Origin: Eledone cirrhosa
Lineage: Eukaryota
Direction of reading: 5' to 3'
NCBI GenBank assembly: GCA_964016885.1
Contig: OZ024747.1
Location: forward strand, 59,272,001 to 59,336,000
Length of the DNA: 64,000 bases
Of the stretch, positions 26,754-41,005 are shown one piece after another; within the stretch, counting starts at the first letter, position 1, and each line of letters opens with the position of its first letter. A program made the position numbers and the translations under genes. The notes under the pieces were generated by a model that searched no databases, was not told the DNA's origin, and was given only the letters and a program-made list of their open reading frames with translations.

Positions 26754-27218
26754 TGTGTGTATATAAGTGTATATATGTATATATATGTTTATCTGTGTGT
26801 GTGTGTGAATGTGCTTGCAGACACCTGAAATATAGCCTAAGAGAAGCTTGACAATAAGTAGAGGCACCCCAAATTTGAACTTATTTATAGAATTCCTTCT
26901 GCCTTTGTCACTCTAAGTAATGATTTAAAGAATTCACTTTTAAAAAATTCCCCTTTCTTTAAACCCATCAACCATGACCTCCACCCATCCTGTAGACACC
27001 TGAAATATAGGCATTGATAGCGTAAAAATAAGGAGTGGCACTCCATTTTGAACTTGTTTATAGAATTCTTCTTGCCTTTGTCACTCTACATATAAATTAT
27101 AGCTTTAAAGAATTAGCTTTTAAAGAATTCCCTTCTCTTTCAACCAACAACCTCCACCCATCCAACTCCCACCCTCTCCTACACACCAGAAAAGATATAA
27201 ATACCACCATTTTTACTT
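25660..27218. repeat. Large inverted duplication of family B units: arm 1 25660-26298, arm 2 26418-27218 (arm 2 carries a SINE)
   Basis: Arms are reverse complements, also shown by mirrored ORFs 25603-25842(-)/27035-27220(+) and 26010-26357(+)/26505-26867(-). Confidence 0.9.
26461..26633 (+). mobile_element. 5'-truncated SINE inserted without TSD
   Basis: Replaces GAGTAAAAGTT present at the equivalent site of arm 1. Confidence 0.85.
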
Positions 27219-27226
27219 GAACCGTT

Positions 27227-27277
27227 AGCTTCCTGATGATTTCTCACGAATGAAACAGTTCTAGTCCTGTAGAAGCT
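27227..27277 (+). ncRNA. Type I hammerhead ribozyme, family B, intact core
   Basis: agcuuc CUGAUGA u uuc ucac gaa u GAAA cag uucuaguc cug UA gaagcu; predicted cut after 27271; GATATAAATA ~30 nt upstream; tail to ~27360. Confidence 0.85.
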
Positions 27278-28166
27278 CTTCTATATTAAAACTTTTATAC
27301 TCTGCTATGTATTGAGTACCTTACTTACTGTGGTTACCTGTGATTCAACACCATAATAACTTATATATATATATATACACACATATATATACACATACAT
27401 ACACATACACATACACACATACACACACACATATATAGATAGATATATACATACACATATACATATATAGACATACACATACATACACATATATACAGAC
27501 ACACAAATATACACATATATATACACACGCCTATATATATATATATATAAATACATTCACACATAGATACATATATATATACATATATACACATATACAT
27601 ATACATACACAATACATACACATACACATATATAGACATATACACATACACACACACAAATATATATATATATATACATAAATACGCACACACACATATC
27701 CACATACTTATATACATGCATTCATTGAAGTACGTTATACAAGTGGAAAAAGCAGATAGGTAAGAAGTACTTACGTAACCATAGTGCCGTGGGGCGGGTC
27801 GAGAGGGGGTAGGGGTAGGGCGGGATGGGGGTGGAGGGGATATTTTGTCGAGTATGGTTTTTTAAAAATAATTTTTTTGGCCATCTGGCATCAACACTGG
27901 CTTAAGATATTTGAAAATTGCAAAGCCTTTGTGCATGCAATTCGGGCAGTGTTCAGAGAGTTTGTTCAGTATCGGACCCTTGGCAAATAGTATTTCGTAG
28001 CTCTCTGAAATACAAAGGTCACAGCAAATATAGCTTCTAAAGAATTAGCTTTTAAAGATTTCCTTTTTCTTTAAACCCATCAACCAATGACCTCCACCCA
28101 TGCCAAGCCCCACCCTCTCCTACCACCAGAAAAGATATAAATACCACCATATTTACTTGGACAGTC

Positions 28167-28217
28167 AGCTTCCTGATGATTTCTCACGAATGAAACAGTT
28201 CTAGTCCTGTAGAAGCT
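28167..28217 (+). ncRNA. Type I hammerhead ribozyme, family B, intact core
   Basis: Identical to 27227-27277; within unit 28030-28225; predicted cut after 28211. Confidence 0.85.
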
Positions 28218-28220
28218 TTC

Positions 28221-28279
<59 letters not shown>

Positions 28280-28375
28280 GGATATTTGATAGACGGAAAC
28301 TGCAGCTGCCTGTCATGTATGAGTGTGTTTGTGTGTGATTGTGTGTGTATATATATATATATATATATGTGTGAT

Positions 28376-28433
<58 letters not shown>

Positions 28434-28519
28434 GGGAAATTTTAACAGGAACAAAACAGAGAGGCAGTACAACGAATGTTTATTAATTTCACGCTCTTGG
28501 GAGTGGGGTGGTGGTGGGG

Positions 28520-28557
28520 AACGACGTTTCGGGCATAAGCCCTTCTTCAGGTGAAAA
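28520..28557 (-). ncRNA. Minimal hammerhead motif (family C) within unit 28430-28695
   Basis: Exact reverse complement of the 22231-22268 core. Confidence 0.6.
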
Positions 28558-29580
28558 GTGTGTGGGAAGAGAGTTCAAAGGGTGTGTAGGGGAGTGGTGG
28601 AGAGACATATAGCAAAAAGGGGGTGGGAGGAAACGGTGGAAATGAAAATAAAAATAAAAATAAAAATAAAAATAAAAATTAAAAGCATGATCAATATATA
28701 TATATATACACACACAATCACACACAAACACACACTCATACATGACAGGCAGCTGCAGTTTCCGTCTATCAAATATCCCTGACAAGGCATTGGTCAAACA
28801 GAAGCTACAGTTGAAGTCACTTGTCCGGAGTGCCATGCTGTGAAGCTGGAGCTGGGACCACATATGCCATTTATACACATATCTGGTATATATACACACA
28901 TGTGGTATATATATACCACATGTCTGTTATATATACACATATGTGGTATATATACACATATGTGGTATATATACACACATGTGCTATATATACACATATG
29001 TGGTATATATATATATATATATATATGTGGTATATATATATATATATACACACACATGCGGTATATATACACACATGTGGTATATATACCACTTGTGTGT
29101 ATATATACCACATATCTGGTATATATATATACACATATGTGGTATATAATAACGTATGTGATATATATATATACACACGTGGTATATAAACACATGTGGT
29201 ACATATAACACATGTGGTATATATACACATATGTGGTATATACCATATATGTGTAAATATATATACCACGTGTGTGTGTATATATATATACCACATGTGT
29301 CGTATATATACACACATGTGGTTTATAAATATCGTATATGCGTATTCAGCATTGTTTCATGTGTGTGTGTATGCATGTGTGTGTGTGTGCGCGCATATGT
29401 GTGTGTGCATGTGTGTTTCTGTATATATGTCTGTGTGTATGTATGTCAGAGTATGTGTGGCTCTATGCATGTGAGTGTGTGTTTGTGTGTGCGCATGTGA
29501 TTGTGTGGGTGTGTTCGTGTGTGTGTGTGTGTGTGTATGCCTCTGTTTTCGTGGCCGCATGTTTGTGTATACATGCATGA

Positions 29581-29620
<40 letters not shown>

Positions 29621-29796
29621 CCACCATTTCTCTATCTCCCTTTCCCTCTCTTCCACTCACTCTCTCGCACACACAATCTTTCTCCCCCCCCCCTCTCTCT
29701 CTCTCTCTGTGTAATTCAGTATATACTTAATAACACGCATACATCTATCCATATATACATACATACATGCATACATACATATATACATACATACAT

Positions 29797-30367
29797 TGTG
29801 GCTGCCAACTCGTTTTCGAGTACGGCCACTACTTTATATCCATGTAGGAGAACCCCTACTGATGCGCTGAACGAGTGTGACTTTTTAGTCCAGCCAGCGA
29901 CCTGAAAACTCTGGTACAAACACTACACTTGTGACAATTATTGACACATAGTGCTGGGCCCATTTTACCATGTGATGACAAGTGCAGAGAGATCTCCAGA
30001 TATAAAGCAATGCCTGTGCCGTGAAGCTTTTATAGTGAGCAAAGACACTGCACAAAGCCAGTCCCACTCTCTTAACCAAGATGATATTTACCAAAAAGAA
30101 GAACAAGTCAACATCATTGGATACCATCAGGGTTGCAGGTGTTATATCAGAGTTTTCCTTCTCCTAGAATTCTGCCTTGACAAAGGCTAAGGGGTCATCT
30201 CTCCCGGTGATTTTGGATGGCCATTGACTCTTAAGAGCTCCTTTGCCCTTTGACAGGTTTACTTTTTAGTCCTGCAGGATGTCCATAGTCACCCTCCTCA
30301 CCAAGAAATATTGGTGGGGTTGCCAGTTTAGACGCCAACGACCCGACCATGAGACAGGTTGTACTGC
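29797..30367 (-). mobile_element. Internally deleted RTE-like element with (TATG)n tail
   Basis: Minus strand ends CHKCSVCTRVFRSLAGLKSHTRSAH (C2H2 finger typical of RTE ORF ends), short UTR, then (TATG)n; RTE-like 5' sequence CTAGGAGAAGGAAAACTCTG at ~30145-30165. Confidence 0.6.
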
Positions 30368-30622
30368 ATACATACATACATACATACATACATACATACA
30401 TACATACATACATACATACATACATGCATGCATGCATGCATATATACATACATACTTGCATACATACATCAAAACATTCTTGCAATTCAAGGATGACAAT
30501 TTCTTTTACAACCTTGCCACCAGGAAGATGGCCGGTCAAAAAAATATACTCGAAATTAAGAGAAAGAGATAATATACATACACAGATACATACGTACATA
30601 CATACATACATACATACATACA

Positions 30623-30656
<34 letters not shown>

Positions 30657-30764
30657 CATAAATACAGGCATACATACATACGTACATGCATACATACATA
30701 GGTACGTACATACATACATACATACATATATACATACATACGTACATGCATACATACACAAATC

Positions 30765-31100
30765 TTGAGAAGCTGGGCTTCACAAGAACAGAAAGAACAC
30801 AACTAGTTAGGAAATTACAAGTACAATCCATTAATGGAACAGTAAAAATATGTAAAACATTCCAAAAGTTCTGCATCTAATAACTGCATATACACATGTA
30901 TAGATACTAAACATATACACATGCACACATACAACTCAAAACATCCACACATACAATAACATCCATATCTACACATGCAGACATACATACATATCTACCT
31001 AGTTGATGTTGTGTAAATTCCAATGAGAGAGTCTTGCGTCTATGTTAGAAACCGACTCTCTCTATTGGTAAAACTTTGTGAAATTATAAAACCAGAAGAA
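30765..31100 (+). mobile_element. 3' end of an RLE-type (R4-like) LINE in (CATA)n
   Basis: TNLEKLGF...LQVQSINGTVKICKTFQKF*; same 3' UTR as 52798-53385 and 60560-60980. Confidence 0.75.
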
Positions 31101-31344
31101 CATACATACATATATACATACATACATACATACATACATACATACGTACATACATACATACATACGTACATACATACATACATACATACATACATACATA
31201 CATACATACATACATACATACATACATACGTACGTACGTACATACATACATACATACATACATACATACATACATACATACATACATACATACATACATA
31301 CATACATACATACATACATACATACATACATACATACATACATA

Positions 31345-31665
31345 GGAGGACATTTACGGACCATTGATAAGGAGTTTACAAATCCAGTATCCAAGATACA
31401 CCTTTAGCTTCATACCCATCATTATTGGAGCTACGGGTTATATACCAACCCGCTTAGACCAAAATATGACTGAACTTGGATTTGCGGACAAAGAGCGCAG
31501 CTCCCTAATTCATAGTCTACAAATGGCTGCGATAGCTGGCACCATCAGAATTTGCAAAACATTCTTGCGATTCAAGAGATGACAATTTCTTTTCTTTTAC
31601 AACCTTGCCACCAGGAAGGTGGCCAGTCAAATAAATATACTAGAAATTAAGAGAAAGAGATAACA
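31345..31665 (+). mobile_element. 3' end of a second RLE-type LINE subfamily in (CATA)n
   Basis: FIPIIIGATGYIP...AAIAGTIRICKTFLRF*; shorter copy at 30467-30575. Confidence 0.75.
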
Positions 31666-31710
31666 TATGTACATACATACATACATACATACATATATAC
31701 ATACGTACAT

Positions 31711-31750
<40 letters not shown>

Positions 31751-32449
31751 ACATACATACATACATACATACATACATACATACATACATACATACATAC
31801 ATACGTACGTACGTACGTACGTACGTACATACATACATACATACATACATACATACATACATACGTACGTACATAGATACATAAATACATATATACATAC
31901 GTACATACATACATACATACATACATACATACATACATACATACATACATAGATACATACATACATACATACATACATACATACATACATAGATACATAC
32001 ATACATACATACATACATACATTCATGCGTACATAAACAGCTACATACATACATACATAAGGTTTTATGTACGTGTACTATCCACACAGACACTCACACA
32101 CGCACACACGCATTTGTTAAGTGTAAACGAATACGTATATATGTGTTTGAGTGTGTGTGTGTCAGTCCGTTTGTATGTGTGTGTATGTGTATGTCTATGG
32201 GTGTATCTGTGTCTGTGTAAATGTGTGCGTATCAGTGTGTATGTGTCAGTGTGTGTGTGAGTGAGTGTGTGTGTGTATGTGTATGACTGTGGATGTGTCT
32301 GTGACTGTAAATGTGTGCGTATCAGTGTGTATGTGACAGCGTGTGTGTGTCAGAGTGTGTGTATGTGTATGACTGTGGATGTTACTGTAAATGTGTGAGT
32401 GTCTGTGTGTGTATGGGTGTGTCTGTGTCAGTGAAAGTGTGTGAGTGTC

Positions 32450-32480
<31 letters not shown>

Positions 32481-33061
32481 CAGTGTGTATGTGTATGGAT
32501 GTGTCTGTGTCAGTAAAAGTGTGTGTGTGTGTGTGTGTCAGTGTATGTGTATAAGTGTATGTCTATGGGTGTGTCTATGTCAGTGAAAGTGTGTGAGTGT
32601 GTGTGTGTGTGTCTGTGTGTGTATGTGTATGTCTATGGGTGTGTCTGTGTCAGTGAAAGTGTGTGAGTGTATGTGTGTCAGTGTGTGTGTGTCAGTGTGT
32701 ATGTGTATGGATGTGTCTGTGTCAGTAAAAGTGTGTGAGTGTGTGTGTGTGTGTGTATGTGTCAGTGTATGTGTATAAGTGTATGTCTATGGGTGTGTCT
32801 ATGTCAGTGAAAGTGTGTGAGTGTGTGTGTGTGTCTGTCTGTGTGTGTACATGTGTATGTCTATGGGTGTGTCTGTGTCAGTGAAAGTGTGTGAGTGTGT
32901 GTGTGTCTGTGTATGTGTATAAGTGTATGTCTATGGGTGTGTCTGTGTCAGTGAAAGTGTGTGAGTGTCTGTGTGTGTGTCAGTATATGTATAAGCGGGT
33001 GTGTATACAACTGTATTATTCAGAAATATATATCATGTATCAGCTTACACGCATGATTCGC

Positions 33062-33133
<72 letters not shown>

Positions 33134-33469
33134 TATATACACGTGTATTTTTCAATATAAACGTGCATGACAGCGCACGCGTGTGAGTTTGCTCGTGTTT
33201 GTGTGTATATGTGTATGTGCATGTGTTTGTGTGTTTGTGTGTTTGTGTGTGTAGAAATATGTGTGGGTACTTATGTGTTGACGTGTATATAGATGTGTGT
33301 TACTTATATGAATGTGTTTGTGTGCATGTGTATGTTTATATATGAGTACATGTGTATAAATATGTAGATATGTATGTATACGTATATAAACATACATACC
33401 AAAATATCTATATTTATATAATATATGCCTACCTATGGACTTACCACTAAACGCCACCACTTCACTACA

Positions 33470-36400
33470 CCTCTATACTTCAACACTACACTACACTACA
33501 TTATACTACACTACAGTACACTACACTACACTACACTACACTACACTACATTACACTACACTACAGTACACTACACTACATTACACTATACTACATTACA
33601 TGACTCTACATGAAGCTACACTACAATACACAACACTATACTATGCTATACTACACTATATTACACTATACTACACTACACTACAATATACTGTACTACA
33701 CTACACCACACCACAATACACTACACTACATTATACTACATGAAGCTACACTACAATATACTACACTATGCTATACTACACAACAATTCATTACACTACA
33801 TTACATTATACTACATTACACTGGTGGTGGATTGGCAGTATCGGTAGAGGGTCGGTAGAGGGTCGGACGCCGTGCTTTCCAGCATAGTTACGTCCCTTTA
33901 CGATCTGAGTTCAAATCCCGCCGAAGTTGACTTTGCCTTTCATCCTTACGGGGTCGATAAAATAACGTAAGAGTAATGCACTGGGTAATTGCTGGCCTTG
34001 TGCCTAAAGTAGAAACTATTATACTACATTACACTGCACTACACTATATTATACTACACTACACTACAGTATATTACACCACACCACACTATACTATACT
34101 ATATTACACTACACTACAATTCACTAAACTACATTACATTATACTACGTTACACTACACTACGCTACACTATATTACACTACAATTCACTACACTATACT
34201 ATACAACACTGCACTACTCTACATTATATTACACTACATTACACTATACTACACTGCACTATACTACATCACACTGCACTACACTGCACTACACTACACT
34301 ACATTATACTACATTACATTACATTACACTACACTATACTATATTACATTACACTACACTACACTACATGGCATTACATTATATTATTACACTACACTAC
34401 ACTGTATTACAATACACTATACTATATTACTACACTACACTACACTACACTACAGTTAGTTGAAAAACGTTGATGAACTGAAATTACGCAAGTAATTAGT
34501 AGACAAATCTCCCTCTCGGTGTTAAAAAAAAAAAATAGCATTCAGGGGAGATAACTCCAATAAATCCATTGATCGCAATTTTTGGACAATATAGAGCAGG
34601 TGTCGGCAGCGGGTAGACCATGGCTCAAAAGTGGATCTCTATGCCCCGGGTCTCTTTACATCTTTACCTGTAAGATGTTAGATGATGTTCATGTTGATCA
34701 TGAATTAAAAGTGGGATTGGTGGATCTGATCTTTAAAGTACTCAACTTAAGGCAACTGGCGAAATCTACGGACACATTTCGGCCATATTAGATCTCTTCA
34801 GAGATGTTCAATCGCCCTGCATTTGACGTTCTTTTAAATAATGCTGTTATACTATATACGCAGTCTGAAAAAATATGTTTTTTTTAATTTAGAAATGTAA
34901 AACTTTTAACATCCTGTTTCAGATGAAATCGTATCCCCTAGTGTAAAAAAGAGAACTGTAGCCCCTCAACACCATATATAATACAGTGGACTGAAAAGTT
35001 TTGATCAACTCATCTTATTGCAGTTATCTCTGTTGTTGTCTTTAAGTTTTGTACTACAATAAATGGAGATTTTGTCTTCTAATTGCGGAGATAATGATAG
35101 TTAATCGAAAGTGTTCCACTCAATATAATACATAGTTGAGAAACTATTACATGTGTATTTAATATAGAGAAGTTCCTCTAAAGTATTTTCGCATGTGTCA
35201 TATTATTGATATTATATATAAACACCACACGGTAGTACTGTGCTCACTGCCAACTATATAAAACTACACTATGTCACTACACTACACCACATTACATTAT
35301 ATACTATACTATACTACACTACACTATACTATACTATACTACACTATACTACACTACACTACACTATACTATACTACACTATACTATACTATACTACACT
35401 ACACTACACTATACTATACTACACTATACTATACTATACTACACTACACTATACTACACTATACTACACTACACTATACTACACTATACTATACTATACT
35501 ACACTAGACTATACTACACTACACTACACTATACTATACTACACTATACTATACTATACTACACTACACTATACTACACTATACTACACTACACTATACT
35601 ACACTATACTATACTATACTACACTAGACTATACTACACTATACTATACTATACTATACTATACTATACTATACTACACTATACTATACTATACTACACT
35701 ATACTACACTAGACTACACTACACTATACTATACTACACTATACTATACTACACTATACTATACTACACTATACTATACTATACTACACTATACTACACT
35801 AGACTATACTACACTATACTATATTACACTATACTACACTATACTGCACTATACTATACTATACTACACTATACTACACTACACTATACTATACTATACT
35901 ACACCACACTACATTATACTACACTACACTATACTACACTATACTATACTACACTATACTACACTACACTATACTACACTATACTATATTACACTATACT
36001 ACACTATACTATACTATACTATACTATACTATACTATACTATACTATACTATACTATACTATACTATACTATACTATACTACACTACACTATACTATACT
36101 ATACTACACCACACTACACTATACTACACTACACTATACTACACTATACTATATTACACTATACTACACTATACTGCACTATACTATACTATACTATACT
36201 ATACTATACTATACTACACTACACTATACTACACTATACTATATTACACTATACTACACTATACTACACTATACTATACTATACTACACTATACTACACT
36301 ACACTATACTACACTATACTATATTACACTATACTACACTATACTGCACTATACTATACTATACTATACTATACTATACTACACTATACTATACTATACT

Positions 36401-38550
36401 ACACCACACTACACTATACTACACTATACTACACTACACTATACTACAATATACTACACTACACTATACTACACTATACTACACTACACTATACTACACT
36501 ACACTACACTACACTACACTATACTATACTATACTATACTATACTACACTATACTACACTACACTATACTACACTATACTATATTACACTATACTACACT
36601 ACACTACTGCACTATACTACACTACACTATACTACACTATACTACACTACACTATACTACACTATACTATACTACACTATACTACACTACACTATACTAT
36701 ACTACACTATACTACACTACACTATACTACTCTATACTATATTACACTATACTACACTACACTACTGCACTATACTACACTACACTACACTATACTACAC
36801 TATACTACACTACACTACACTACACTATACTACACTACACTATACTACACTATACTACACTACACTACACTACACTATACTACACTACACTATACTACAC
36901 TATACTACACTACACTATACAACACTACAGTACACCACACCACCACACCCCCACGCTACACTACATACCAGACAATATACTATCCACATTATACAAGCCA
37001 ATATAGGAACCTATATATGGCTGGTTGATCTGCTAGAAGTAGCAGCCAAATCTCCCTTACCAAAAAACACGTTGGATAATATAACCCTGGGTTCGTTGTA
37101 CATGGGATAAATATGAGATTATCCAACACCATAGCTAGGATTGTCATGGCTAGAATACTCTTGATCGTATGTCTGTTCGAGTATGGCTGACCTGTGGTTA
37201 AATAACAACAATAACACTACAGCCTCGTATAGTGTTATACTGCAACACGTGGTCGGTTAACATGCTAGAAACAACAGTTAAACTCCACTTACACCACAGA
37301 CGGCTATCTTTAAAATAATATATTATAGTCCGTAGTACACAATGACTGATAAAATGATGGCTTGTCGTGGGTGGATTGTCTTTGATCATAGGCCTGCTTG
37401 AACAGTCTTGACCTGGGGCTAAACAACATCAACGACATTACAACACATCGCATTACACTACTACACTACACCACAGCACACAGCACTACACCACACCACA
37501 CTAGAGTATACAGTACACTATACCATACCACACTACACTACACAGTACTATACCATACTACACTACACTACACCACCCAGAACTACACCACCCAGAACTA
37601 CACCATGCGACACTACACTACAGCACAGCACACAGCACTACACCACACTACACCATGCGACACTACACTACACCAGAGCACACTACATTACACCACACCA
37701 CACTACAGTATACAGTACACTATACCATACCACACTACACTACACAGTACTATACCATACCATACTACACTACACCACACCACCCAGAACTACACCATGC
37801 GACACTACACTACACCACTGTACACAGCACTACACCACAATACACAACACCACACTACAACACAACACACTACATTACACGACACTACACAACACCACGC
37901 TACAACACAACACACTACATTACACGACACTACACTACAACACACTACACGACGCTACACTACACCACATTACAGAAGACCGCACTACAAAACATCACAC
38001 TACACTAGAACACACTACACGACACTACACTACACCATACTACACAACACAACACACTACAAAACACCACACTACACTACAACACACTATACGACACTAC
38101 ACTACATCACACTTCACCACACTATATGGCACTACACAACAATACACTATACTACAACACACCACACTACATCACACCACACTACACTACAACTCACTTC
38201 ACCACACTACACAGCACTGCACTACACTACACAACACCACGCTAGATCACACCACGTTACACCCCACTACACATCACATTACACTACAACACGCTTTACC
38301 GTACTACCCTATACTATACTATACCATACTATACTATACTATATACTATACTCTACCATACCACATTATAGTATACCAAACTATACTATACCATACTATA
38401 CTATACTACACTATATCACACTACACCATACCATACTATACTATATCAAACTATACTATACCATACTATACTATACTACACTATATCACACTACACCACA
38501 CTATACCCTACTATACCATACTATTCTATATCATACTATACTATACTATA
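33470..38550. repeat. ~5-kb pentanucleotide (ACACT/ATACT)n satellite with insertions
   Basis: Direct inspection; interrupted at 33823-34017, 34455-35250 and 36970-37440. Confidence 0.95.
33823..34017 (+). mobile_element. tRNA-derived SINE in the pentamer satellite
   Basis: TSD ATTATACTACATTACACTG; internal duplication of TCGGTAGAGGG. Confidence 0.9.
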
Positions 38551-39075
38551 TTGTTGTACATCAAACTAGACAGTGGCACGTTGTCAACGTCATCAACTTT
38601 ACTATGTAATCAGTTGTCATTGATTGTGAAAGTAAAAGTAAGCGGGATGCGTGCTGGTTGGACTGAATAGATTGTGTGGTGGGGGTAACAGCTGTGTGGT
38701 AGTGAGAGAGGGATAGGGAGAGATAGAGTGAGAAGGGAAAGAGAGGGGAAGGGGACAGAGAGGTCGGAGTATGAGTGAGATAGAGAGAGAGAGGGGGCGG
38801 CAGAGAGAGGGGGAGAGAGAGAAGGTGAGGGAGGGAGGATGAGAGGTCATTGGGTCAAATTATGCCCCCACCTCCACTATAAACAGACACTTATTCGTAA
38901 CTTTCGCAACTATTTTTTTTTTTGTGTGTGTGTGTGTGTTTTTGTTTTGTTTTTTTTTTACGTTTTGTTTTGTTTTGTTTTAGGTTGGAAGGAGCCTTAA
39001 TAAGAACAGTGAGAACAACAACAACAATAACAATACTAATAACTTAATAGTAATATGAAAGGAAGATAGACTTAC

Positions 39076-39418
39076 ATGGCGGTGGTGGTGCCCGATCGTC
39101 ATGTCTGTTGGGGCTGTTTGTATTGTATCATCCATACACTGTGACCCTGAACTTATAGTCGGGGCACTGAGGATGCTACTGGGTATAGCTATAGTGTTGC
39201 TGTTGTTTGTGCTGATGATGATAGTGGTGGCGGTACTGCCGCTGCTGCTACTGCTGCTGCTGCTAGTGGAGGAGGAGTTGGTGTTGTTGTAATCGTTGAT
39301 GGTGGTGATGCTGTTGTTGATTGTGGCGGCGGCAGCAGTGGTGGTGGTGGTGGTCGTCGTCGTCGTAGTAGTAGTAGTAGTAGTAGTAGTACTGTTATGA
39401 TTATTATTATTATTGTTA

Positions 39419-39456
<38 letters not shown>

Positions 39457-39530
39457 GGCGGCGCCTGGTTCAATCTTTCCTCCACCTGTTGATGTGGCGA
39501 TGGCGGTGGCGGTGGCGCCAGTCACAGGAG

Positions 39531-39561
<31 letters not shown>

Positions 39562-39760
39562 GGCGGCGGCGGCGGTGGTGGTTGCGGTTGTGGCTGTGGT
39601 GGTGATGGTGATGGAGGAACCAGTAGTAGTGGTGGGGGAATTCGAAGCGCTGTGTAAACCTCCATTAGTACCGTCGCTGCTACCTCCAACACCAACACTA
39701 ACAGCGCTGCCATTACCGCCACATTCGCCGCCACCACCACCGCTACCACTACTCATATTG

Positions 39761-39824
<64 letters not shown>

Positions 39825-40263
39825 CATCACCACCATCACTACCACCAGCGATGCCGTTGCCGCCTGTAGCGCCTCCATTGCTATTTCCTCCATAACCGCT
39901 TACAATCGGGTCCCCCAGCAGATAAAGGACTCGTAATTCGTACTCAGTGAGGTAGGAGCGTATTTGCGAATCGTCACCCAACATGGCGACACTACGTACC
40001 TCCATGGCTCGTTTTTTGGTGCGAGTTTTCATGTCTTCCCATTTCTTCTTCACTTCCTCCACCGAACGGCCCACGGGGGAAACAGTGTTCACCAGTTCAG
40101 CTATTTCCTGCCACGCTTTCATTTTTTTGGCATTGGTCACGCTATCCGTAAATTTAGCGTTCACGGTTGACATGCGTTTGCCGATGCCCTCCATAATGGC
40201 GGACACTTCACAAGCGGCGAAGTTACTTTTCCGCTTTTTTTTCTTCCGTCTCTGTACTTCCAT
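39076..40263 (-). CDS. MSANTD4: Coding exon of a Myb/SANT-like DNA-binding protein (Myb_DNA-bind_5; MSANTD4/NAIF1-like) with poly-S/N/T tail
   Basis: KKRKSNF..E......KF...TN..K.KAWQEIAELVN.V....RSVEEVKKKWEDMK; basic NLS; perfect donor CAT|GTAAGT at 39076, phase 0 (1188 nt). Orthology to MSANTD4 is inferred from domain architecture only. Confidence 0.85.
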
Positions 40264-40317
40264 CTTTTTCTTGGATTTACTTAATTATACATAATATATA
40301 TATATATATATATATAC

Positions 40318-40373
<56 letters not shown>

Positions 40374-40966
40374 ATATGTATGTATGTATATATATATATA
40401 TGTATGTATGTTTGTATGTAATTTTCTGTTAGTGTATGTATATGAAATGAAGCAATTTGTCTGCGTGGCTGATAAGTAGTGGGATGAGGTCGGGGTGTGT
40501 AACTAGTTTTTGTTGCTCTTCTTCTTCTTTTATATAGATCTTCTCACTTTTTTCTTTCTCATCTCACTACTTCAAAAAAAATATATTTTTCCAGTTATTT
40601 TTTTTTTCATTTTTTTTTTTCTGTTTTCAATTTTTTACAATTTTAAACATTTTTCATTCATTTTTCTAAATTTTTTTTTTTTTCTTTTTCTTCATCAAGT
40701 TTTTGAAAGCCTCTGTCTTTGAGTTTGTATCATAGTAACAACATCATTGTTACTATCATTATTGTTATTGTTATTATTATTATTACTATTATTATTATTA
40801 TTGTTATTATTATTACTACTACTACTATTACTGTTATTAATTTTATGCAAAATATTAAAAATTATATTTATGATAAAAATAATGTTCATCCTTCTTACTT
40901 TTTCATTGTAAATTTTTAAAAGTATTTAGTATGTTGTATATGTGTGTGTGTATATATAATTATATA

Positions 40967-41005
<39 letters not shown>

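Noticed and set aside
30140-30367. HDV-like ribozyme at the RTE 5' end
   Set aside because: Known from some RTEs, but I could not assign P1-P4 and the L3 motif by eye; needs a descriptor search
34470-34500. TTGATGA-act-GAAA hammerhead-like string
   Set aside because: No stem II or stem I; likely chance
38980-39075. Hydrophobic C-terminal 'TM helix' of the 427-aa ORF
   Set aside because: Lies after a perfect GTAAGT donor; intron read-through
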